The translations under genes and the position numbers were made by a program. This document shows, one piece after another, positions 9,018 through 16,699 of a stretch of 28,971 nt of DNA (the first letter of the stretch is position 1; each line of letters starts with the position of its first letter). Under the pieces are notes generated by a model. The model did not search any database. It saw nothing but the letters and a program-made list of their open reading frames with translations, and was not told the origin of the DNA. The DNA comes from a virus (Duplodnaviria; Caudoviricetes), in the IMG/VR virus record IMGVR_UViG_3300020045_010968, positions 1-28,971 of that record; one strand, written 5' to 3'.

Positions 9018-9347
9018 ATGGAAACAACGTTGATTTGGGGGAATATGGCAGGTAATGCGGTACTTGTAGGAATCGCAGGTATCATGGTTAAAAAGTGGAT
9101 GGATAAATTAGAATCACGCGACGAGCAAAATAGCATAGAAACCAAGGAAGCGGCAAGAAAGCTGGCTGATGACCTTAAGCAATCTGTCATAGATCACAAA
9201 GAAGAAATAAAATCAACACAACAAGAGCTTAATAATGGTCTTAATAATATATATGACCAATTAAGGATAGCAAATGGACGTACGGCGAAATTAGAAGGAG
9301 CTATCCTAACAGTAAAAGCAGTTTGTGAAGAAAGGCACGGTAAATGA
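9018..9347 (+). CDS. Membrane-anchored coiled-coil protein (holin/antiholin or i-spanin-like)
   Basis: One N-terminal hydrophobic helix (AGNAVLVGIAGIMV) followed by KK and long coiled coil; just upstream of endolysin. Confidence 0.6.
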   Translation: METTLIWGNMAGNAVLVGIAGIMVKKWMDKLESRDEQNSIETKEAARKLADDLKQSVIDHKEEIKSTQQELNNGLNNIYDQLRIANGRTAKLEGAILTVKAVCEERHGK

Positions 9348-9496
9348 GCTTAGTAAAATACGTTCCACATTACTGTAAAATAACAAATGGGCATTGTAAG
9401 CCTAGGTCATGCAAAGAATGCCCCAAGTCTATAGGATCTTTATTTTTATGGTGCGTTAATTTTGTTCGGATAGAAGAGGGGCAAGATAATGGTTAA
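9344..9496 (+). CDS. Small Cys-rich hypothetical protein (50 aa)
   Basis: ATGA overlap with upstream gene, ends overlapping endolysin start; MSLVKYVPHYCKITNGHCKPRSCKECPK...WC; below ORF-track cutoff. Confidence 0.55.
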   Translation: MSLVKYVPHYCKITNGHCKPRSCKECPKSIGSLFLWCVNFVRIEEGQDNG

Positions 9497-9956
9497 ACCA
9501 GGCATAAGAGCATTAATCGAGTCTAAGGCGGCGGCGTACAGATTAGACCCCGATCTTGTGGAGGCTCATGTTCTCACAGAATCCAGCGGGGAACCAACAG
9601 CAACACGTTTTGAGCCTAGATTCTACGAGCGTTATGTAAGACCATTAGGCATTAAAGACGACAATGAAGCAAGAGGTAGAGCGACATCATTTGGCCTTCT
9701 CCAAATCATGGGACAGGTGGCTAGGGAACTCGGATTTCAGGGAGCATTTTCTAGCCTTCTCGATCCTGCTACGGGCCTTGATTGGGGCTGCAAGAAGTTG
9801 GCCCGGTGCTACAAGAGATATGAAAAACAGGGGATTGATTATGGGATTGCGGCTTACAATGCAGGATCGGCGGTAAGGGTTGATGGTGTTTTCGTTAATC
9901 AGGCGTACGTTGACAAGGTGAACGGATATTTAAAGGAGATCAAAACTCATGCCTAA
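9489..9956 (+). CDS. SLT-family lytic transglycosylase, probable endolysin
   Basis: Catalytic TESSG, SFGLLQIM and AAYNAG motifs, C-terminal YVDKV; GAGGGG SD. Confidence 0.92.
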   Translation: MVKPGIRALIESKAAAYRLDPDLVEAHVLTESSGEPTATRFEPRFYERYVRPLGIKDDNEARGRATSFGLLQIMGQVARELGFQGAFSSLLDPATGLDWGCKKLARCYKRYEKQGIDYGIAAYNAGSAVRVDGVFVNQAYVDKVNGYLKEIKTHA

Positions 9957-10113
9957 TCCATTCTCTATGTTCTTGCGGTGCTATTGCGATTTCATTAACT
10001 CATGGGTAAAAGCCCTAGAATTAACAAGCTTCACTATCGGTAGTAACAAGATAATTGATTACCACGACATAGCACAAGACCGTAGATGGGATGGTAGTAA
10101 TGAAAACAGGTGA
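9949..10113 (+). CDS. Small hypothetical protein (54 aa)
   Basis: AAGGAG SD upstream, overlaps endolysin stop; MPNPFSMFLRCYCDFINSW... Confidence 0.55.
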   Translation: MPNPFSMFLRCYCDFINSWVKALELTSFTIGSNKIIDYHDIAQDRRWDGSNENR

Positions 10114-10183
10114 GGTAAAACGTAAAGAAGCTGCCAAGAAAGAAAAAAGACAAAAGAGGAAGAAAGGTAAGGTTAAGAAATGA
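10100..10183 (+). CDS. Very basic peptide (27 aa)
   Basis: MKTGEVKRKEAAKKEKRQKRKKGKVKK; fills gap exactly and its TGA overlaps the next ATG; weak SD. Confidence 0.35.
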   Translation: MKTGEVKRKEAAKKEKRQKRKKGKVKK

Positions 10184-10293
10184 AACAATTCACCATAGTG
10201 ATTATATTGGTAATCTTACTATCATCATGTAATGCCTTGTGGACTTCTCTCTACACAGTCAAAGATTGCGCTTATTATGAGGACACAAAATGA
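10180..10293 (+). CDS. Tiny lipoprotein (37 aa precursor)
   Basis: MKQFTIVIILVILLSSC: basic N-region, hydrophobic core, lipobox LSS-C; ATGA overlaps at both ends. Confidence 0.6.
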   Translation: MKQFTIVIILVILLSSCNALWTSLYTVKDCAYYEDTK

Positions 10294-10703
10294 AGGGTGA
10301 CCACATCAAATACAAGAAGGGATATAAATACCAACTTGAAGAAGATTATTCATGCAAGGTTTTCATTTACGGATATGAAGCAGAAACATATTATTTAAAA
10401 TTATCATTAGATGGATTTTTGTTAATTAAAAGAAGTTATGCATGGAATGGCCCAAGTGGCCCTACAATTGATACTCTCAATTCATTAAGAGGTAGCCTTG
10501 TTCATGACGGGTTGTATCAACTTATAAGACTAGGGTTGATCCCTGATTCATTCAGATCATTAGCTGATGAGCGTTTACGGGATATTTGCCGTGAGGATGG
10601 AATGTCTTGGATACGTTCTGGATATTGGTACGCCGGAGTGATGATGTTTGCCGGATTTGCTGCTTGTCCAGAAGAAGAACCGGAAATTTTAACGGCACCG
10701 TGA
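10290..10703 (+). CDS. DUF1353-like phage protein
   Basis: YAWNGPSGPTID...SLVHDGLYQ...AD..L..IC.EDGM...R...WY.GV pattern; this family commonly lies near lysis genes. Confidence 0.75.
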   Translation: MKGDHIKYKKGYKYQLEEDYSCKVFIYGYEAETYYLKLSLDGFLLIKRSYAWNGPSGPTIDTLNSLRGSLVHDGLYQLIRLGLIPDSFRSLADERLRDICREDGMSWIRSGYWYAGVMMFAGFAACPEEEPEILTAP

Positions 10704-10712
10704 GGAGTGGCT

Positions 10713-10964
10713 ATGAAAGAAAAAGAAGAAATGTCGGTAGGTATGAAATTTGCCATGTTGATCATTTGCTTAATTTTCCTTTTTCTGGGTGCGGTTATAT
10801 TCTTTCCAATCACTCCGGAAGGTAATGAACACGCAAAAACCATTGTCCCATACTTTTTGGGGATTGTGACTATTCTCGTGGGGTTTTATTGGGGAACATC
10901 TAGCAAACGGAATCAAAAATCACCAGACGAAGATGCGGATAAGCCAACGCTAAACTGTAATTAA
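10713..10964 (+). CDS. Two-TM holin-like membrane protein
   Basis: GAGGAG SD before ATG 10713; two hydrophobic helices ending in GFYWGTSS followed by charged tail. Confidence 0.65.
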   Translation: MKEKEEMSVGMKFAMLIICLIFLFLGAVIFFPITPEGNEHAKTIVPYFLGIVTILVGFYWGTSSKRNQKSPDEDADKPTLNCN

Positions 10965-10972
10965 CAAAAGTA

Positions 10973-11007
10973 TTTGACAAAATGTTAAAATAATATTATA
11001 TGTCAAA
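10973..11007. promoter_or_regulatory. Inverted repeat TTTGACA-N21-TGTCAAA, possible operator/promoter
   Basis: Perfect 7-bp arms each containing TTGACA around an AT-rich spacer, directly upstream of the connector gene; -10 at 17-bp spacing is only TATATG. Confidence 0.4.
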
Positions 11008-11021
11008 GCAAAGGATAATCA

Positions 11022-12233
11022 ATGAAAATAAAGATTGTCACACCGCCCGCAGTCGAGCCTGTTTCATTAAATGAGTTGAAATTACAGCTCAATAATGATT
11101 CTGGTACAATATCCGAAAACTCTACCCTGAGTAATGTAATCCCTTCCGGTAGCTATCCTATTGATTACGAGTTAATGACTCTTGATGTAGCCCCTGCAAC
11201 CACATGGGCGGTTGGGGATATTATCACAGGCCAGACATCATCAAAAACCTGTATAGTTGTAACAGTTATTACCACTAAAACATATATAGTCAAATCACGT
11301 TCAGGTGCCTTTACTCTTGGAGAAATTGTAGGCGTAACCGGAACCGCTGATAAACTTGCTGATCAAGGTGCGGCTAATCCAACATTCTCATCAACCTACT
11401 TATCTGGATATATGGTAATCGGTTCCGCTATTGATGTTCTTGGGCACAATTCCGTAGTCTATCTAAATCCGGTCAATAACGGCACCAGCGGCACTGTGGA
11501 CGCAAAAATACAAGAAGCCGATGTGTCTACCGGCCCATTTACTGATTGGTCTACAGGGGCGTTTACGCAAGTCACAGAGGCAAATGATACAGTCATTCAA
11601 AAAAAGCAATATACAGGAACAAAACAATATATTCGTGTGATAGCTAAAGTACTTGTTGCGGCATGTGAATTTGGATCAACTTGCATGGTGTGGGAACCTG
11701 TGTCTACCGAAGATTCTATGCTTCTTGGATTCATAAAAACTGCCACAAAAGACGTTGAAAAAGATACTTGTAGAAAATTAATCACACAAACATTAGACTA
11801 TTTTCCTTCAAGGTGGCCTGACAGTAGAGATTACGAGCCGGATAGAATTAAAATTCCATATGGAAATTTGGCTGCGGTGACATCCGTTAAGTGGAAAGAC
11901 ACCACAGGGACGGAAACTACTTTGGTGGAAAATACCGACTACCTTGTTGAATTAAATGGTACGGAATGCGGATATATAGTATTACCGTATCAGGAATCTT
12001 GGCCTAATGGAGAACTTTTCCCGTCTAATCCAATAACTATACGATTTATTTGCGGTTATGGACTCGCTGCGGATATTCCAGACGAGGCTAAGCAAGCGAT
12101 AAAGAACAAATCCGTAAATTATTATATGAACCGTGGTGATGATTTTGTTGGTGTTAATCAAGTAAGTTACGACAAAACATACTGTAGTTTAATTTCTCTT
12201 GTTGGGAAACTTTACGATATGGACTTTTTATAA
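11022..12233 (+). CDS. Head-tail connector (gp6/phiE125 gp8-like) with ~200-aa internal insertion
   Basis: N-terminal TPPAVEPVSLNELKLQL and C-terminal EDSMLLGFIKTA...E..T.RKLITQT...VTSVKW...ITIRFICGYG...IP..AKQAI motifs, separated by extra sequence. Confidence 0.85.
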   Translation: MKIKIVTPPAVEPVSLNELKLQLNNDSGTISENSTLSNVIPSGSYPIDYELMTLDVAPATTWAVGDIITGQTSSKTCIVVTVITTKTYIVKSRSGAFTLGEIVGVTGTADKLADQGAANPTFSSTYLSGYMVIGSAIDVLGHNSVVYLNPVNNGTSGTVDAKIQEADVSTGPFTDWSTGAFTQVTEANDTVIQKKQYTGTKQYIRVIAKVLVAACEFGSTCMVWEPVSTEDSMLLGFIKTATKDVEKDTCRKLITQTLDYFPSRWPDSRDYEPDRIKIPYGNLAAVTSVKWKDTTGTETTLVENTDYLVELNGTECGYIVLPYQESWPNGELFPSNPITIRFICGYGLAADIPDEAKQAIKNKSVNYYMNRGDDFVGVNQVSYDKTYCSLISLVGKLYDMDFL

Positions 12234-12544
12234 TGGCTCGTATTGGAGAAAGAAACAAATATTTTACGTTCCAGGCTCCAACCAAAGACGCTAATGGTGT
12301 CACTGGTTGGCAGACTATATTTTCATGCTACGGCTCGTATTGGCCCTTGAGTGGGCAGGAATCAATAGCGGCTCAACAGGTGCAGTCACCCATCACCGGG
12401 AAAATTCGTATAGGATACCGGCCTGTAAATATTCTTACCACTTGGAGGATTTTTCATAAGGGTAAATATTTAAACATAGCGGCACTACCTATAAATTTAG
12501 GAGGTAGGAATATGGAACTCGAATTGAAGGTACGTGAAGCATAA
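12233..12544 (+). CDS. Head closure/head-tail adaptor (SPP1 gp16-like)
   Basis: RIGERNKYFTFQ...W......PLSGQE...KIRIGYR...WRI...LNI; size and position; TAATG coupling. Confidence 0.85.
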   Translation: MARIGERNKYFTFQAPTKDANGVTGWQTIFSCYGSYWPLSGQESIAAQQVQSPITGKIRIGYRPVNILTTWRIFHKGKYLNIAALPINLGGRNMELELKVREA

Positions 12545-12957
12545 TGAACATACTCCGTCCCGCCATATATACCTATTTACTCGACTCAGCAATCTATAAC
12601 GATGTGCAAGGACGCTGTTATTACGCTACTGCATCATCTCCCGACTATCCCCGTGTTGTCTATTCCCGCGTATCTGGCGTTCCTGATAATGCTTTTGCAA
12701 AAAAAGGTGAGACTGTTATTATCCAATTTGATCTATACTCTCAACAATCAGCGGGGCCGCAGGAGATATTAACGATGGAAGCGGATCTGATAACATTATT
12801 TGATGATTGTGTATTAACATTAACGGGAAAATTGCTAGTTGGATTTCAGAGACAGAATATAGTATCAATGGAAGAAGATGTGTCGGCTTTGCAAGATGGC
12901 ACAAACATGATTTTCCATACGGCGATAGATTATGAGGCGACTTACCAAGCAATATAG
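12544..12957 (+). CDS. Tail terminator/completion protein (DUF3168-like)
   Basis: AIYTYL....VQGRCY....YPRVVYSRVS...IQFDLYS pattern; position; TAATG coupling. Confidence 0.75.
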   Translation: MNILRPAIYTYLLDSAIYNDVQGRCYYATASSPDYPRVVYSRVSGVPDNAFAKKGETVIIQFDLYSQQSAGPQEILTMEADLITLFDDCVLTLTGKLLVGFQRQNIVSMEEDVSALQDGTNMIFHTAIDYEATYQAI

Positions 12958-12969
12958 AAAGGATTAAAA

Positions 12970-13149
12970 ATGGAGAAATTGATACAAGACATTACGAGAC
13001 AGGAATGGATAGCATTCAGATGGCTGGAGGCTCCGCAGACACTGGGGGAGGAAGATAGATTATTTATATCCTCAGGCCGACGGACACCAGACGAGGCTTA
13101 CGAAGCGATGGAAATGTGGGATACAACTGAAAAAGAAAGGATGATATAA
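12970..13149 (+). CDS. Small acidic hypothetical protein (59 aa)
   Basis: AGAAAGGA SD at 12956-12963; MEKLIQDITRQEWIAFRWLE...; TAATG overlap with methyltransferase. Confidence 0.7.
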   Translation: MEKLIQDITRQEWIAFRWLEAPQTLGEEDRLFISSGRRTPDEAYEAMEMWDTTEKERMI

Positions 13150-13823
13150 TGAAAAAAAACTTTATTGTAGCACAAAGGATTCTCCGATCACTTGATGCTG
13201 AAAGGCTCAGAAACCCAGAATTGGTAGCAAACATTGTTCGCACTTTTGGAATAGTAGCATGGGGTCCTCGTACAATCGGCCCGGAGGTACAGTTCATAAA
13301 TCCTGACAATGTAGGTATTGCCCAAACTCCGGATCAGATTGCCAAAGCGCTCATCTATCTCAGCCAGTTCAAAATCAATACCTATTGCGAGATCGGTGTT
13401 TATCACGGAGGTAATTTTCTGTTTAGTTCCGAATATCTCCGGCGCTTTAATCCAGAGATTAAATGTTATGGTGTTGATCCTACCGATTACATCAATGCAT
13501 CAATTAAAGAACTCATCGACAAGGAGCTGTGGATTAATCTCAAATCTCTCACTTCGGAAGAAATGAAGGGTGAAAAATTCGACTATGTATTTATCGACGG
13601 AGATCATGTCCAGCCTTGGCCACAACGTGATTGGCAGAACCTTGGGCAGCACGCTAAAATATGCGGATTCCATGATCTGCAAGATCCGGGATGGCCTGAT
13701 GTTGGGCAATTTTGGGAAACATTAAAAGGGAATAAAGACAATGTGATGGTGGAGTTTCTCGATGATTTGTCAAACTGCAAAACTCATGGGATTGGTATTG
13801 TCCACAAGAAAGGAATCAAATAA
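13149..13823 (+). CDS. Class I SAM-dependent methyltransferase (Methyltransf_24-like)
   Basis: YCEIGVYHGG motif I, YGVD, FDYVFIDGDH, GFHD; lacks DPPY/PC DNA-methylase motifs. Confidence 0.88.
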   Translation: MKKNFIVAQRILRSLDAERLRNPELVANIVRTFGIVAWGPRTIGPEVQFINPDNVGIAQTPDQIAKALIYLSQFKINTYCEIGVYHGGNFLFSSEYLRRFNPEIKCYGVDPTDYINASIKELIDKELWINLKSLTSEEMKGEKFDYVFIDGDHVQPWPQRDWQNLGQHAKICGFHDLQDPGWPDVGQFWETLKGNKDNVMVEFLDDLSNCKTHGIGIVHKKGIK

Positions 13824-15904
13824 TGGAGGTTGGTATTTGTGCAATAATGAAGGATGTTTATGAACCTTACTTGGTTGAATGGATAAATCATCATCGTTCA
13901 ATCGGGGTTGATTATTTCTTCATATACGATAATGAAAGCGAGAACTCAATATCTAATACAATTTTCAATGAATTGGGATTGGACACTTCCGGGATCTATG
14001 TTTTTGAAATGATTGGTCAAGCAAAGCAAATGGAAGCCTACGATTTATGTCTTGATGATATAAAAAATGGCGCATTCCCACATTGCGATCGTCTTGCCTT
14101 TATTGACGAAGATGAATTTATTATTTGCGAAAATGGTGACATCAAGAAAACTCTTGAAGCATATTCAGAATTCCCTGCGTTAGGTATTACATGGAGGGTG
14201 TTTGGTTCTTCTGGATTAAAAGAGAGAACTCCAGAGCCACAGCAGTCAAAGTTTACAAAGTACACTAAGGGGCATCCATACGAACGACATATCAAAAGCA
14301 TTGTTGATCCATCTCGTACAATTGGTAGTTCTGGTAATCCTCATGAATTTGCATATACTAAAGGATCGTGTGTAAATGTTGATCGTATTCCCATTGATGG
14401 TCCATTTTCCACCCCAACCTATCGCACCATGTGGATCAATCATTACTATACACGCAGCATGGAGGAGTGGAAAGAGAAGATAGCCAAAGGTAGAGCAGAT
14501 GTCAGAATGTGTGAACGAGATTTTAGGCTGATTGATGAAATTGATACAAATTGTTCAGGAAAGAAACGTAATATTCATTTAATGATGCCGTTTTCGAGAC
14601 ATCATTTATGGGATAAATTGGTTGATGCTTATGATCCTATGAATATTATTTTGCATCCACTTGCTTATTCTAACGAAAAAGAAGCATACGATCACAATAA
14701 CGGAAGATGGATACAACCATATGTTGATTGTAGAATGGATAATAAATTTAATCAATCTATCTTGCTCAATGATTTCATTCGCAATTACCCAATCAATGAC
14801 GACGATTACTATGTATCCGTTTCCGATGATGATATGTACGAACCGGAAGCATTTGATGCTATTAAGAACATGGATGATCCTGTTGTTGTTATCTCAATGA
14901 AACGCGGTTACAAGATCCCCAAGGATGCACCGGAAGATAAGAAATATCCTCCCACCACTCTAATAGCATGTGAAGAAAACATGAGAGTAGGATGCGTAGG
15001 CGGAGAACAGATATTCATGAAAGGATCAGTCCTAAAAACCATCCGATTAGATGAAGACAATCCTGCTATTGCTGACGGGATATTAGCGGAAAACTTAAAA
15101 CAATGTTATCCTATCCGCTATGATCCTGATTTATTTTGCTTATTCAATTACTACGAACCGGGAAGATGGAAATTAATGGACGGCGGCATAGCCTTTGGGT
15201 GCCTAGTAAACGACCTCATGCGCCTTGATATGGTACTAAAACGATCCCATATTGATCCATCTATCCCATGTCATACCATCCTTAACCCTGAATCAGCTAC
15301 CAAGGGATTAAACAGACTCCTTGACACCATCGAAAGAAGTGGTGCAGATGTAGCTATATTAGTGCATCAAGACATGCACTTTTTAAATGGATGGACTAAC
15401 CAAGTTAAGGAACAAATTAAATTACTCCCAGAGAATTGGATTTGCGCGGGCGTTATTGGCAAAGACGCTAGTGGTTTAATTTGCGGGAAGTTTCATGATC
15501 ATCGTATCCCGGATTACTTTGACACCTCAGATATTCATACATTTCCACATCCGGTGTGTTGTTTCGATGAGGCTGTTATTATCATCAATCTAAAATCAGG
15601 ATTCCGATTTGACGAATCGCTCACAGGCTTTGATCTCTACGGAACAATGGTTGTGTTGCAAGCCTGGGAGATGGGGGGTACGGCATGGGTTATTGATGCG
15701 CCATGCGACCACTATTGTATGAGATCATTCCAATGGCACCCAGATCAGCTATTCATCAACAACTATAAAATGCTCCACGACCGATTCAGCGCCAAATGGA
15801 AATTAGACTCAACAGCACTCGGATTATCTCCAGATGCCAAAGAAAGATTAGAACAGTTAAAAGCGTTTATGACTTCAGCGGCTCCAGATGAAGGTGTAAG
15901 GTAA
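13823..15904 (+). CDS. Multidomain glycosyltransferase (three GT-A-like domains)
   Basis: Domain 1 GT2_4/GT92-like (CAIMKD..PYLVEWI.HH..IGVDYFFIYDNES, FIDEDEF, KSIV, INHYYTRS.EEW..K..KGRA); domain 2 with SDDDMY; domain 3 Glyco_tranf_2_5-like (LVHQD, AGVIG, FDE...GFDLYG....LQA). Confidence 0.88.
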   Translation: MEVGICAIMKDVYEPYLVEWINHHRSIGVDYFFIYDNESENSISNTIFNELGLDTSGIYVFEMIGQAKQMEAYDLCLDDIKNGAFPHCDRLAFIDEDEFIICENGDIKKTLEAYSEFPALGITWRVFGSSGLKERTPEPQQSKFTKYTKGHPYERHIKSIVDPSRTIGSSGNPHEFAYTKGSCVNVDRIPIDGPFSTPTYRTMWINHYYTRSMEEWKEKIAKGRADVRMCERDFRLIDEIDTNCSGKKRNIHLMMPFSRHHLWDKLVDAYDPMNIILHPLAYSNEKEAYDHNNGRWIQPYVDCRMDNKFNQSILLNDFIRNYPINDDDYYVSVSDDDMYEPEAFDAIKNMDDPVVVISMKRGYKIPKDAPEDKKYPPTTLIACEENMRVGCVGGEQIFMKGSVLKTIRLDEDNPAIADGILAENLKQCYPIRYDPDLFCLFNYYEPGRWKLMDGGIAFGCLVNDLMRLDMVLKRSHIDPSIPCHTILNPESATKGLNRLLDTIERSGADVAILVHQDMHFLNGWTNQVKEQIKLLPENWICAGVIGKDASGLICGKFHDHRIPDYFDTSDIHTFPHPVCCFDEAVIIINLKSGFRFDESLTGFDLYGTMVVLQAWEMGGTAWVIDAPCDHYCMRSFQWHPDQLFINNYKMLHDRFSAKWKLDSTALGLSPDAKERLEQLKAFMTSAAPDEGVR

Positions 15905-15905
15905 A

Positions 15906-16001
15906 ATGTTAAGTGATGACGCAAAACAATTATTGCAAATATTTCTTCGTTGTGTAAAAATGTTTGCAAAATTGCTTGAAGAATATTTAGAAAAGAAGTA
16001 A
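15906..16001 (+). CDS. Small amphipathic peptide (31 aa)
   Basis: MLSDDAKQLLQIFLRCVKMFAKLLEEYLEKK; TAAGGT upstream, starts 1 nt after GT stop. Confidence 0.45.
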   Translation: MLSDDAKQLLQIFLRCVKMFAKLLEEYLEKK

Positions 16002-16062
16002 TATAATACCAAAATACTCAGATTATCCCTCGAAAGACGCATAATCTGGAAGTCAGCCGCGC

Positions 16063-16113
16063 AAATGCCCCGCTGAAATTGATAATAATTCAATTTCCGG
16101 GGCATTTTTTATT
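16063..16113 (+). terminator. Long terminator-like hairpin upstream of major tail gene
   Basis: AAATGCCCCG-ct-GAAATTGA / TCAATTTC-CGGGGCATTT stem followed by T-tract. Confidence 0.65.
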
Positions 16114-16143
16114 GTCCCAAAACACTTTAAGGAGGACGATAAA

Positions 16144-16575
16144 ATGGGGAAAATTTCTGGTGTCAACGGTAAGGTCATGTATGGGAGTGTAGTTGTAGCA
16201 AATATGGTGTCATGGTCAATGTCTGGATTCAGCCTTCCGGTAACGGCGGCTCCCACGGCATTTGGCGACACGGGAACGAAGGTTTATGAAGTAGCTGAAT
16301 TGGGTGAGGCGGGGACTATCGAGTTTAATGGAAACTACGATCCTGCCGATACTGGTGGACAGATTGTTCTGAATACTCTTTGCCAGGCCGGAAATCATTT
16401 GACGAATTTGTACCTCTACGCAAATACCTCTACTTTCTGGAGAGTTGCGTCAGGAGGGTACATCATCGTAACAAAGGCTAATGCTATTACACTTCCTCGC
16501 AATAACTTCGGTACTATCTCATTCTCTGGACAGGTATCGAGTCAGGCGATGGAGCAGGTCGGCACGGGGACGTAA
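16144..16575 (+). CDS. Major tail tube protein
   Basis: AAGGAGG SD; ISGVNGKV, VSWSMS, TAFGD, GTIEFNGNYD, ISFSGQVS pattern; followed by frameshifting chaperone. Confidence 0.8.
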   Translation: MGKISGVNGKVMYGSVVVANMVSWSMSGFSLPVTAAPTAFGDTGTKVYEVAELGEAGTIEFNGNYDPADTGGQIVLNTLCQAGNHLTNLYLYANTSTFWRVASGGYIIVTKANAITLPRNNFGTISFSGQVSSQAMEQVGTGT

Positions 16576-16699
16576 TAGCTAACTTACAAATTTATTTTGT
16601 TAGTTGGTTGTAATGTAATAATCGTAACTGTAGGTGGGTTGTATTATGCAGCCCACCGATTTAGCCAGCCTTTGAGTAGGCTAGAAAGACAGGTGAATC

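Noticed and set aside
11097-11700. Intein in the connector gene
   Set aside because: No Cys/Ser-start and His-Asn end splice motifs or LAGLIDADG blocks
13149-13823. DNA methyltransferase for anti-restriction
   Set aside because: No DPPY/NPPY or PC catalytic motif; IDGDH/HD signature fits small-molecule or sugar methyltransferases
16019-16070. c-di-GMP-I riboswitch (GAAA loop followed by GACGCA)
   Set aside because: Lacks the upstream GGCAAAC element and second stem of the consensus; kept only as an unassigned hairpin
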